A stretch of 64,000 nt of DNA from a virus. The stretch covers positions 1-64,000 of the IMG/VR virus record IMGVR_UViG_3300037010_000365; one strand, written 5' to 3'. The position numbers and the translations under genes were made by a program. Positions 20,431 through 29,528 of the stretch are shown piece after piece. The notes below the pieces were generated by a model. It had not been told where the DNA came from. It saw only the letters and a list, made by a program, of their open reading frames with translations, and did not search any database. Within the stretch, counting starts at the first letter, position 1; each line of letters begins with the position of its first letter.

Positions 20431-20804
20431 TGTTTGGATCCTTACAACAACGGTTTAACGCAGAACCTATGGAATACACAATATTACCAAGCAAAACTAG
20501 CAATAAAGTTGCAGTATCAACTGAAGTAGTTGATACTTATATTGAAGATGAGCTTAAAGATACAGTAACACAGATTAATGATGCAGCGGATAAAATACTA
20601 AACTTGGCAAAGACAAGTGAGCAACCTAAAGCCTATGAGGTTTATGGTACGCTACTAAAGACTAAAATTGACGCGTTAAAAGAACTAAATAATATCAGAA
20701 AAGGTACTGAAAAGCAGGTTGCTGGCGTTATTAATAATACGCAGATAAATGCGTCAGGTACCAATATCAACGAAATATTAAAGGCGATGCGAACACAACA
20801 ATGA
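20430..20804 (+). CDS. gp16: Terminase small subunit gp16
   Basis: LAKTSEQPKAYEVYGTL motif; directly before the large subunit. Confidence 0.8.
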   Translation: MFGSLQQRFNAEPMEYTILPSKTSNKVAVSTEVVDTYIEDELKDTVTQINDAADKILNLAKTSEQPKAYEVYGTLLKTKIDALKELNNIRKGTEKQVAGVINNTQINASGTNINEILKAMRTQQ

Positions 20805-21292
20805 GTAAAAAAGACATACCCTGGGGTAAATTTGATTTAGCATCAAAGCCAGATGATTCTGTGCTGAACATAGAACCTGATCAAGAAGGGTATTACCATG
20901 ACGCTGCAGGTGAACGGTTTTCATTCAATGGAAATAGAACGCTTAGACCTGCTCATGTTAGAATGCACTTAAATGAATATCATATACAGGAAATCGCTAA
21001 GTGCGCAGAAGATATGAGATATTTCATTTTTAATTATTGTAAAGTACTAACAAGTCGCGGATGGCGTACACCAGATCTCAGAGATTATCAAGAAACATAC
21101 CTAAAAACAGCGCTAACAGATAATAGAATTGTGCTACTCCAAGGCCGGCAATCAGGTAAATGCCAAAATTATAACACGATTATAAATATTCGTAATAAAC
21201 ACACCGGAGAAGTTGAAGCACTCTCTGTTGGTGAATTTCATGAACGAATAAGGAACAAAAATAGTGATCAAACTAAAGAAGTCGATTGTTAA
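20801..21292 (+). CDS. gp17: Terminase large subunit N-fragment fused to the N-half of a split intein
   Basis: FNGNRTL..EIAKCAEDMRYFIFNYC..LRDYQ..GRQSGK, then intein-like CQNYNTIINIR. Confidence 0.85.
   Translation: MSKKDIPWGKFDLASKPDDSVLNIEPDQEGYYHDAAGERFSFNGNRTLRPAHVRMHLNEYHIQEIAKCAEDMRYFIFNYCKVLTSRGWRTPDLRDYQETYLKTALTDNRIVLLQGRQSGKCQNYNTIINIRNKHTGEVEALSVGEFHERIRNKNSDQTKEVDC
21161..21289 (+). mobile_element. Split intein N-fragment (43 aa) at the Walker A site
   Basis: Cys1 immediately after GRQSGK; block-A-like CQNYNTIINIRNKHTGEVEALSVGEFHERI. Confidence 0.8.
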
Positions 21293-21413
21293 AACATTTA
21301 AAATAATATCAGCACCGATTAAACCGTATGATATTATTCCACAAGAAGTTGATTATATATCGCTATGGGTTTAATACTACAGATTGCGTTTGACATTAGT
21401 TCGAGTATAGTAA

Positions 21414-21773
21414 ATGAATTTATCTGATAACACTTACCGTAAATTCACTGAAGTATATGATGTTAGTGATTATGAAGTCCTATCTCATAACGGTTGGGTA
21501 GATATAACACAATCAAATCAGACTGTAGAGTATGAGGTGTACTTATTAGAATTAGAAAATGGTTTATCTCTAGAATGTGCTGATACCCATATTTTGATGA
21601 CTAATGATCTAACCGAAGTATATGCAAAAGACAGTTTGGGTTCGTTGATATACACTAAATCAGGTCCGTCTAAGGTAATATCGGTTAGCAACCTAGGCTA
21701 CTCTGAGCGTATGTATGACCTATCTGTAGGTGGTGATCATACGTATTTCACAAATGATATATTGTCACATAAT
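21414..21773 (+). mobile_element. Split intein C-fragment (120 aa)
   Basis: Block B-like LECADTH, block F MYDLSV, terminal ILSHN followed by Thr+1. Confidence 0.85.
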
Positions 21774-23522
21774 ACAGTTGCGACTGCTCTTTATTTTGTT
21801 TGGGCTGCTACATTTCACAACGACGTTAAAATTGGTATCAGCTCAAACGTAGAGAAAGGTGCTATTGAAGTACTTGATAAAGTTAAAAAGATCTACGGAT
21901 CTTTACCTATTTGGTTGCAACAAGGCGTTGAAAAGTGGAACGTAAAGACCGTCATTTTAGAAAATAAATCCAGTATTATCACATCAGCTACTAACGGAGA
22001 TGCGTTTCGTGGATTCTCGTTTGTAGGCGGTGAAGGATATTCTACATTATATGTAGATGAGTGTGTTGAATATAATACTAAGATTAAAATTCTATCAAGT
22101 ACTACAAAAATATTCGAAGAAGTAAGTATCGGTGATTTATACCGAAGATTTAACACTGACAGTGTTGTGTATGTTTCTGATCTATCCGTGATGACGCAGA
22201 CCGGCATGAGATCTTTTGATGGGATTAAGCGAACTGTTAGATCTGACGGGATTAAGATTAAAACAGCTTCAGGTGAGTTGATCTGTACACCAGAACATTT
22301 ACTGAAAATCGAGAATGGCTTCATTGAAGCTAAAGATTCATTCAATAAATTCATTGATAGCAGTTCGGGCCTTGAATTGGTGACTAGCATAGAGCCGTAT
22401 AACGTTGAATCTGAATACTTCGACCTTATTAATGTTAAAGGCGGTCATACATACTTAACAAATAATATTGTTTCACACAACTGTGCATTTGTTCATGACT
22501 GGCAAGCATTTTCAGACTCGGTATTACCTACCGTATCATCTGACCCTAATGCAAATATTATTTTGACATCCACAGCAAATGGTATGAATCATTTTTATGA
22601 AATGGTTAAACTAGCAAGAGCTAAAATATCTGAATACACACTAATAGAAACGCCATGGAATTGTCTACCAGAGAGAAACGAAGAATGGAAGCAGAAGATA
22701 ATTGCAACTAACGGCATTCAATACTTTAATCAGAACTATGGTAATCAGTTTTTGGGTTCATCATATACGCTTATTAACAGCGAAGGTCTTGAAAAACTTA
22801 TTTCACGCACGCCAATCCAATCAAATGATAATCTTACAATTTATCAAAAACCAATAAAAGGTGCTAAGTATATCATATTAGGTGATCTTGCGTCTGGAGC
22901 TGGTGAAGATTTTTCAGTTTTACAAGTGATTAAACTGAGTAAGCGTAAATTTGAACAAGTTGCGATTTTTAGATCTAAAGATACTCCAGTTCTTAGTATG
23001 CCTTTGGTTATTCAAGAAATTGGTAAAAAATATAATGATGCGTTTGTGTTTATGGAAATCAACTTCGGTGAAGAAGCTGCTAGCAGACTATATCACGACT
23101 TAGAGTATGAAAATCTTTTAACAATTGCGGTTCATAATGGAAAACAAAAGCTACAAGGCTTCCGCGGTAAGATGCAAACAGGTCTTCGGGTTGATGTTAA
23201 AATTAAGCAGACACAACTTAGCTCATTAAAAACGTTAATTGAATCAAATAAGCTTGTAATTAATGACAATACTACTATCTCTGAATTTTATTCATTCGTT
23301 CAGCATGGCATTTCATTCGCTGCAGAAGCAAATAAGCATGATGATTGTGTTATGGCGTTGGCACTATTAGGATGGCTAGTAACTCAGCCTGTATTTTCTG
23401 AAATTATTGATTATGATTACATTGCTGACTATGAGAGTGAAAAATCTGAAGAATTATCAGATTTAATACCTGCCGCGTTTTTTGGGTATAACGACCCAGA
23501 TGAATGGGAAGTTTTTGAATAG
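21414..23522 (+). CDS. gp17: Terminase large subunit C-fragment preceded by the split intein C-half and containing a second intein
   Basis: LPIWLQQGV..WN, AFRGFS, LYVDE/CAFV, IILTSTANGMNHFY, DLASGAGEDFS, HDDCVMAL. Confidence 0.9.
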   Translation: MNLSDNTYRKFTEVYDVSDYEVLSHNGWVDITQSNQTVEYEVYLLELENGLSLECADTHILMTNDLTEVYAKDSLGSLIYTKSGPSKVISVSNLGYSERMYDLSVGGDHTYFTNDILSHNTVATALYFVWAATFHNDVKIGISSNVEKGAIEVLDKVKKIYGSLPIWLQQGVEKWNVKTVILENKSSIITSATNGDAFRGFSFVGGEGYSTLYVDECVEYNTKIKILSSTTKIFEEVSIGDLYRRFNTDSVVYVSDLSVMTQTGMRSFDGIKRTVRSDGIKIKTASGELICTPEHLLKIENGFIEAKDSFNKFIDSSSGLELVTSIEPYNVESEYFDLINVKGGHTYLTNNIVSHNCAFVHDWQAFSDSVLPTVSSDPNANIILTSTANGMNHFYEMVKLARAKISEYTLIETPWNCLPERNEEWKQKIIATNGIQYFNQNYGNQFLGSSYTLINSEGLEKLISRTPIQSNDNLTIYQKPIKGAKYIILGDLASGAGEDFSVLQVIKLSKRKFEQVAIFRSKDTPVLSMPLVIQEIGKKYNDAFVFMEINFGEEAASRLYHDLEYENLLTIAVHNGKQKLQGFRGKMQTGLRVDVKIKQTQLSSLKTLIESNKLVINDNTTISEFYSFVQHGISFAAEANKHDDCVMALALLGWLVTQPVFSEIIDYDYIADYESEKSEELSDLIPAAFFGYNDPDEWEVFE
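22062..22481 (+). mobile_element. Contiguous mini-intein (140 aa, no endonuclease) at the Walker B site
   Basis: CVEYNT start, CTPEH block B, YFDLINV block F, VSHN/C end; removal restores LYVDECAFV. Confidence 0.9.
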
Positions 23523-23530
23523 TATAAATA
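23523..23530 (+). promoter_or_regulatory. T4-type late promoter TATAAATA
   Basis: Exact consensus before the portal gene. Confidence 0.75.
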
Positions 23531-23555
23531 CATAATACGTTAAAGATGGTAGAAT

Positions 23556-25019
23556 ATGAATCTTTTTAATTGGCTTGGTACAACCGAGAAAAAACAAAAA
23601 ATAAAGGATAATGTAGCTCCTGCTGCGTCTCCTGTTATGCCAGATGATCCAAGCGTCCAGGTTATGTCTGGTTTTGGTATGTTTCATACTGGGTATAATT
23701 TTGGTACAAGCAGTGCACAAAATATTGAGAAATCCGTATTATACCGTCGCGAAATGGCTAATCAACCAGAAGTTGAGTTTGCCATTGACGAAGTTGTGAA
23801 TGAAATGGTTGATTTTTCATTAGAGATCCCGTTTGAAATAAACTTTGCTGAAGAATCACAATTAAGCGCTGCAGTTAAAGATAAAATCGCTGAATCATTT
23901 AAGACAGTTAGTTCATTGTATAGCGCTAACCTTGGTGATGATATTCGCAGTTGGTATATCGATGGTATAAGAGCATGGTTTATTCAGCTATCAAAAGATA
24001 GAAAAAATATAATTGCGCTTAAACCTATTGAACCATGGATGATTAAAAAGGTAACACCAACCCGGATTGAACTAGTTGATGACGTTAATACTTATATTGA
24101 AGATGAACCTTACTACGCGTATTCCCAAGACGGTAATTTAGAAGGTTCAAAGATTGTTAAACTTGTATACGATTCTGTATTATACATAGACTCAGGTAAG
24201 TATGATGCTAATAATAATGCGGTATCTTATCTAGATGCAGCTATCAAACCGTTAAACGATTTACTATCTCTTGAAAATGCAACAATCATTTACAGATTGA
24301 CTCGTGCACCGGAAAAACGAGCATTCTATGTTGATACAGGTCAGTTACCTACCAATAAAGCTGAAGAATATGTAAATGCTTTGATGAAACGGTTTAAGAC
24401 TAAGCTAGACTATGATTCTAAAACTGGCGCGGTTAAAACATCGAACCAGAATACTATTTCAGCAACAGTTGACTATTGGTTGCCTCGTCGTGAAGGCTCA
24501 ACCAGTACAGAAATTAACCAGATCTCTGAGACAAGTAATGCGATCTCTAATATTTCAGAGGATATTAACTACTTTAAACGTAAAGCGTTTAGAGCATTAA
24601 AAATCCCTGAATCACGTGTTGGTGATAACCCTACGTTTAACTTAGGTCAGAGTGGTACCATCACAAGAGAAGAAGTTAAGTTTAGTCAGTTTATTGATAG
24701 ACTACATAACATATATGTAAGCCCTTTATTTCAATTAATTAAAGTTGATTTAATGATTAAAGGTATTATGTCTGCTCAAGAATTTGATGATATTGCTGAT
24801 GATATTAAAATCAAATTAATAAATAATGATTATTTTGCTGAGACAAAACGTATTGAGTTATTAACGGAGAAAATTGCGGTAATAGATGCAATTTCGCCTC
24901 ACATAGGTAAATACTTTACATCTGAATTTGTATTCAAGGATATTTTAGGATTATCTGATGAAAAAATTGAACAGATTAAAGCGAAGATAGATAAAGAGCC
25001 TAAGGTTCAAGAAGAGTAA
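23556..25019 (+). CDS. gp20: Portal vertex protein gp20
   Basis: PEVEFAIDEVVNE, WYIDG, IYRLTRAPEKRAFYVDTGQLP, DYWLPRREG, ITREEVKF. Confidence 0.95.
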   Translation: MNLFNWLGTTEKKQKIKDNVAPAASPVMPDDPSVQVMSGFGMFHTGYNFGTSSAQNIEKSVLYRREMANQPEVEFAIDEVVNEMVDFSLEIPFEINFAEESQLSAAVKDKIAESFKTVSSLYSANLGDDIRSWYIDGIRAWFIQLSKDRKNIIALKPIEPWMIKKVTPTRIELVDDVNTYIEDEPYYAYSQDGNLEGSKIVKLVYDSVLYIDSGKYDANNNAVSYLDAAIKPLNDLLSLENATIIYRLTRAPEKRAFYVDTGQLPTNKAEEYVNALMKRFKTKLDYDSKTGAVKTSNQNTISATVDYWLPRREGSTSTEINQISETSNAISNISEDINYFKRKAFRALKIPESRVGDNPTFNLGQSGTITREEVKFSQFIDRLHNIYVSPLFQLIKVDLMIKGIMSAQEFDDIADDIKIKLINNDYFAETKRIELLTEKIAVIDAISPHIGKYFTSEFVFKDILGLSDEKIEQIKAKIDKEPKVQEE

Positions 25020-25029
25020 ATTGTGTTTT

Positions 25030-25037
25030 TATAAATA
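25030..25037 (+). promoter_or_regulatory. T4-type late promoter TATAAATA
   Basis: Exact consensus before the prohead core genes. Confidence 0.7.
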
Positions 25038-25083
25038 CATAAATAGAATTGTGAACATTTAAAAAATAAATTGGAGACTTATA

Positions 25084-25269
25084 ATGAGTTTAAAAGACGA
25101 AATGTTGAAAGAGCTTAGCGGTAAACTTGAAGCAATTGCAGAATCATTTTCAGCTTATGTTGAATATGTATTGAACGAAAAGAAAGTAGAGCTTGATGAT
25201 GAAAAAACGGTTGGTGATGATCCTGAAGAGGACGACGTCAAGAAAGAAGATAAAGAAGATACTAAATAA
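25084..25269 (+). CDS. Small acidic prohead core protein, gp67-like
   Basis: Position after the portal, acidic tail, GGAG RBS. Confidence 0.5.
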   Translation: MSLKDEMLKELSGKLEAIAESFSAYVEYVLNEKKVELDDEKTVGDDPEEDDVKKEDKEDTK

Positions 25270-25288
25270 GTATTAATGGAGCCTTCTA

Positions 25289-25525
25289 ATGAAGAGAGTA
25301 ATACGTTTTAAAGCATCGGGGCAACGCGTTATTAAACGTAAATGTGCACCAGGACAAATCGTTAGAAATGGGTCGTGTACTGTTCAAACAGCTAGTGATG
25401 CGTTAAGGCGTAAGCGTTCAGCTAAGAAAATGGTTAAGACCAAAAATAGACAGCAAGCAAAAACATCTTTAGGTATCCGTGCCATGAAACGCGCGGTTGC
25501 TAAAAGACATGCAGCAGGTTACTAG
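25289..25525 (+). CDS. Basic prohead core protein, gp68-like
   Basis: Arg/Lys-rich, between portal and protease. Confidence 0.55.
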   Translation: MKRVIRFKASGQRVIKRKCAPGQIVRNGSCTVQTASDALRRKRSAKKMVKTKNRQQAKTSLGIRAMKRAVAKRHAAGY

Positions 25526-25534
25526 GAAATAATT

Positions 25535-26092
25535 ATGATTTTAATTGAACACCTACCTAAAACTGAAACGCTAACAGAGCAAACAGCTGAAGGTAAAAAT
25601 CTTTACATTGAAGGTATCTTTCTTCAAGCTGAAGTTAAGAATCGAAATGGTCGTGTTTACCCTAAAGGTATTCTTGAATCAGCATTAGATACTTATCAGA
25701 GAAACTTTATCAATGAGTGTCAAGCTATTGGTGAATTAAATCACCCGGAGAATAGAGCTCAACCAGATCCGGCTGAAGCATGTATTATCATTGAATCACT
25801 GTCTTGGCATGGTAATGATATTATTGGTAAAGCAAAAGTATTAAATACGCCAAAAGGCTTAGTCGTTAAAGGTTTGCTTGAAGGCGGATGGCGTGCTGGT
25901 GTATCTTCTCGTGCAACAGGTTCAGTTAAGTTGAGAGAGGGTACTAACTTTGTTCAGCCTGATCTTATGCTTTATGCTGTTGACGTGGTTAATAATCCAA
26001 GTGCGCCTGATGCATATGTTAAGTCGTTATATGAACAAAATCAGAATGTAACTAAATGCATTCTAGAATATATTAAATCATTAAAACTCTAA
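25535..26092 (+). CDS. gp21: Prohead protease gp21
   Basis: LYIEGIFLQAEVKNRNGRVYP, GELNHP, GVSSRATGS, DVVNNPSAPDAYV. Confidence 0.95.
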   Translation: MILIEHLPKTETLTEQTAEGKNLYIEGIFLQAEVKNRNGRVYPKGILESALDTYQRNFINECQAIGELNHPENRAQPDPAEACIIIESLSWHGNDIIGKAKVLNTPKGLVVKGLLEGGWRAGVSSRATGSVKLREGTNFVQPDLMLYAVDVVNNPSAPDAYVKSLYEQNQNVTKCILEYIKSLKL

Positions 26093-26104
26093 AGGAGAGC
26101 TACT

Positions 26105-27007
26105 TTGAATTTATTAGTAGAAAAGCTTAAAGAGTTTGGTGTTGCTGAAACTGATGTTGCTTTAGTTGAGGCTGCGTTTAAAGCGCAGGTTGATGAAGCA
26201 GCTGAAACTCGTGCACAAGAGTTGCTTGAGACAGAACGCCAAACAATGAAAGAGGGAGTTGATTCTGTTGTTTCAGAATTTGCTGCTAAATATGAAACGT
26301 TAAAAGAATCTATTGATACTCAGATTGATGCTAAGCTTAGCGCTTTAGTTAAAACTGAACGTGAAGTTACTGTAAACGCTATCGATGCATTTGTCGAAGA
26401 TCACACAGCAAAGCTTAGCGAATATGCTGCTACCGTTGTTGAATCAGTGGAAGCTAAGTACAAAGAAGCATTTGAATCAGAAGCAGCTGCAATCATCGAA
26501 AGCTTTACTGAAAAGCTTGATTCTTACTCTGGTTATGTTACTGAATCAATTAAGACTAAAGCTCAGTCACAGTCAGATTTGAAGGTTGCAATGGCTGAAG
26601 AATTGCTTGAATCAATTCGCAGCATTTATGCAGAATACAATGTAACTATGCCTGAATCAGTTGACTTTACTGCTCAGTTTGAAGATCACTTGAAAGAATC
26701 TGAAAAACTTGAAACAGAAAATAAGCGATTGAAAGCTAAATTAACTGAAAAGTCTAAAGCTGAAGTTATTACTCAAGTTACTGAAGGCATGACGTTAATA
26801 CAGAAAGAAGATTTTACTTCTTTAACTGAATCAGTTCTTTTTGTATCTGAAGAATTGTACACAAAACGTTTACATGAAATGAAGGATCGCTTCTTATCAG
26901 GTAAGCAAACAGCGCAAGAAGTCTCAAAACCAGCCGCAACTGCTATTGTAACTGAAGGCACTACTGTTCCAAAAGTTGATGTATCGAAGTACCTCGGTCG
27001 TCGTTAA
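26105..27007 (+). CDS. gp22: Prohead scaffold protein gp22 (TTG start)
   Basis: Acidic coiled-coil protein between gp21 and gp23; AAGGAG RBS. Confidence 0.8.
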   Translation: MNLLVEKLKEFGVAETDVALVEAAFKAQVDEAAETRAQELLETERQTMKEGVDSVVSEFAAKYETLKESIDTQIDAKLSALVKTEREVTVNAIDAFVEDHTAKLSEYAATVVESVEAKYKEAFESEAAAIIESFTEKLDSYSGYVTESIKTKAQSQSDLKVAMAEELLESIRSIYAEYNVTMPESVDFTAQFEDHLKESEKLETENKRLKAKLTEKSKAEVITQVTEGMTLIQKEDFTSLTESVLFVSEELYTKRLHEMKDRFLSGKQTAQEVSKPAATAIVTEGTTVPKVDVSKYLGRR

Positions 27008-27017
27008 TTTTAAAAAC

Positions 27018-27043
27018 TATAAATACATTTGAAACTATAAATA
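27018..27043 (+). promoter_or_regulatory. Tandem late promoters TATAAATA (27018 and 27036)
   Basis: Two exact consensus copies before the major capsid gene. Confidence 0.75.
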
Positions 27044-27072
27044 TAGATGTATTATTAAGGAGATTACAATAA

Positions 27073-28359
27073 ATGTCTAATACTTTGTTAGAAACTTGGG
27101 GTGACGTGATCGAAGCTAAAGAATTAGGTTCTATCGCTCCACAACACAAATCAACTGTAGCAGTAATGCTAGAACAGCAAGCTAAACATATTAATGAAGA
27201 TCTTGCTAACGTTACTGGTGGTGTTGCTAAATGGGATCCAGTCTTGATTGGCATGGTTCGTCGTTCAATTCCAAAAATGTTAGCGTTTGATTTGGTTGGT
27301 GTACAGCCTATGACTATGCCTTCAGGCATCGTTTTCGCAATGCGTTCACGTTATACTGCCCAGTCTGGTACAGAAGCGTTATACCATGAAGCAAATGCAG
27401 CTTTCTCAGGTAACGGTGTAGCTGAAACTGGTTCTATCTTCTCTGGCGACTTTGGCGGTACTGGTGCAACCGATCCTGCGGCAATCACAGCTATGTTAAC
27501 AGCTATCGGTGAAAACTTGGGTGTTGCTGGTTCTGCTAAAGACTTCAATGAAATGGCGTTCTCTATCGAGAAGAGCTCAGTAATTGCTAAGACACGTGGT
27601 TTACGCGCTCAGTGGTCAACAGAATTAGAACAGGATTTGAAAGCAGTTCACGGCATGAATGCTGATGAAGAAATGATCAACATTCTTTCTATGGAAATCA
27701 CAAACGAAATCAACCGTGAATTGCTTCGTAAGATGTACTTCTTCGCTAAGTTAGGTGCTCAGAACTGTACAGTTCCTGGTGTGTTCGACTTGACAGCTGA
27801 TTCTAACGGTCGTTGGTTAGTAGAAACTTTCAAAGGTTTGTTATTCCAGATCGAAATGGAAGCTAACAAGATTGCAACTGATACTCGTATGGGTAAAGGC
27901 AACTTCGTAGTTTGTTCTAGCAACATCGCTTCTGCTTTGGCTATGACTGGTTTGTTGGACAACGTTCCTTCATCTAAGTTAGATACTGGTGCTCAAGTCG
28001 ATCCTACTAGCTCAACTTATGTTGGTACTATCTTGAACGGTATGGCAGTTTATGTTGATCCGTATGGTTATGAAGCTTCAGCTGGTGCTGAGTTTGTTCT
28101 AGTTGGCTACAAAGGTGCTAGTTCTACTCAAGCTGGTATGATCTATGCTCCATACCAACCGTTAACTCTTGCTAAGACTGTTAACCCAACAAGCTTCCAA
28201 CCAGCTGCTGGTTTCAAAACTCGCTACGGTCTAACAGTGAACCCGTTCGCTTATGCTACTCCATTGGCTAACGCCGATATGACTAGCACTGCAGACTTTA
28301 CAGCTGCTTATCGTGGTAACATGTTCTATCGCATCATGAAAGTAACTGGTTTGTTGTAA
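27073..28359 (+). CDS. gp23: Major capsid protein gp23
   Basis: DPVLIGMVRR..AFDLVGVQPM, EMAFSIEK, ELEQDLKAVHG, EINRE, SFQPAAGFKTRYG. Confidence 0.97.
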   Translation: MSNTLLETWGDVIEAKELGSIAPQHKSTVAVMLEQQAKHINEDLANVTGGVAKWDPVLIGMVRRSIPKMLAFDLVGVQPMTMPSGIVFAMRSRYTAQSGTEALYHEANAAFSGNGVAETGSIFSGDFGGTGATDPAAITAMLTAIGENLGVAGSAKDFNEMAFSIEKSSVIAKTRGLRAQWSTELEQDLKAVHGMNADEEMINILSMEITNEINRELLRKMYFFAKLGAQNCTVPGVFDLTADSNGRWLVETFKGLLFQIEMEANKIATDTRMGKGNFVVCSSNIASALAMTGLLDNVPSSKLDTGAQVDPTSSTYVGTILNGMAVYVDPYGYEASAGAEFVLVGYKGASSTQAGMIYAPYQPLTLAKTVNPTSFQPAAGFKTRYGLTVNPFAYATPLANADMTSTADFTAAYRGNMFYRIMKVTGLL

Positions 28360-28379
28360 AACGATCAGTTAGTTTTAAT

Positions 28380-28404
28380 AAAAGGAGACTTCGGTCTCCT
28401 TTTT
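28380..28404. terminator. Intrinsic terminator, probably bidirectional
   Basis: AAAAGGAGAC-TTCG-GTCTCCTTTTT between convergent genes. Confidence 0.9.
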
Positions 28405-28409
28405 GTTTA

Positions 28410-28982
28410 TTAAGCAACTAATAATTTAAGTACTTCGCTATCGCTAATACCTGTTAATAATTCTTTTAATGCATTATGTTGTCTAAACGTGTTAATTTGA
28501 AATTCATATGATTTATCTATTTCATCCAGTGTAGTTAAGCAGTTAGATTTGCTTAACGATAATAACAGGTCATTATAAAGAATTAACCCTATTCTGTTGA
28601 AATTTATCGGTAGTACACAGCTTTGTTCAAGTGACCAAAATCCGCTCTTGTAATCAGTTTTGTGTTCTAATGAAACACCAAATAAAAATTGTATTGTTTC
28701 ATCGTTTAGCTGTATGAAGTATGGAACTCTAACTAATTTAATATCATTAACTGTGCAGTATTCGGATAACAATGTGTCTCGCAATTGTGTTTTTGCCGAT
28801 GTGTAGTGATGATACCCGTCAAATTCAATCAGAGTATCTATTTTACCATCAACTATCACAGCGTAATCAATTATCATCCGTTTATTCTTAAACTTAATAG
28901 AATATTGAGACTCAATAACGCATTGGCGGTATAGTTTAATAAGAATAAGCGCTAACGATTCCTCAGTAAGGTAATCTTTCAT
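28410..28982 (-). CDS. Free-standing PD-(D/E)xK / Vsr-like endonuclease (putative homing endonuclease)
   Basis: IIDYA..LIEFDGYHHY..RD..YCTVNDIKLVRVPY; the only sizeable - strand gene. Confidence 0.65.
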   Translation of the reverse strand: MKDYLTEESLALILIKLYRQCVIESQYSIKFKNKRMIIDYAVIVDGKIDTLIEFDGYHHYTSAKTQLRDTLLSEYCTVNDIKLVRVPYFIQLNDETIQFLFGVSLEHKTDYKSGFWSLEQSCVLPINFNRIGLILYNDLLLSLSKSNCLTTLDEIDKSYEFQINTFRQHNALKELLTGISDSEVLKLLVA

Positions 28983-29066
28983 TTTACCATCCTCAATTTA
29001 TTATTCTTAATATGTAATATTATAACATATAACTTAAAATAAATAAACCAAAAGGAACTAACTATC

Positions 29067-29501
29067 ATGGATCTTACACTCGATCAAATCTTATCTGAGT
29101 CTGAAAAAGACTTATATGTCGATCACTTAGGTGACATCGGAAAACAAGTTGCTCAGCAGTCTAACATATTCTCTAAATGGCTAAGAATTACAAAAAAAGA
29201 AACCCTAAAGCTTAGAGCTCTTGATATTGAAATGGAAGCGCTAAAAGCTGAGTTGTGGTTGTATTATACAGGTAAGGCAGATCCTAGCGTGTATCGTGAC
29301 CATCCAATGGATACGAGATTCTTGAAGTCTGAATCAAAAGAAGCAATTAATGCAGATCCAAGATATAAAAAGCTAAACATTAAAATAACTGTTCAATCTG
29401 AAACAGTTGATACATTGGAAAAAATTCTAGATCGTGTTAAATCAAGAGACTTCCAATTAAAGAATATTATTGAATGGAAGCGTTTTGAGTCTGGCGTATA
29501 A
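29067..29501 (+). CDS. uvsY: Recombination mediator UvsY
   Basis: FSKWL..LWLYYTGKADP..INADP..RDFQLKNIIEWKRFESG. Confidence 0.9.
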   Translation: MDLTLDQILSESEKDLYVDHLGDIGKQVAQQSNIFSKWLRITKKETLKLRALDIEMEALKAELWLYYTGKADPSVYRDHPMDTRFLKSESKEAINADPRYKKLNIKITVQSETVDTLEKILDRVKSRDFQLKNIIEWKRFESGV

Positions 29502-29528
29502 ATATCGAACAACACTTAGGTAAAAATA

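Noticed and set aside
21292-21414. Group I intron or programmed frameshift joining the terminase ORFs
   Set aside because: The gap is only 121 nt with stops in the relevant frames, and intein motifs on both sides explain the break.
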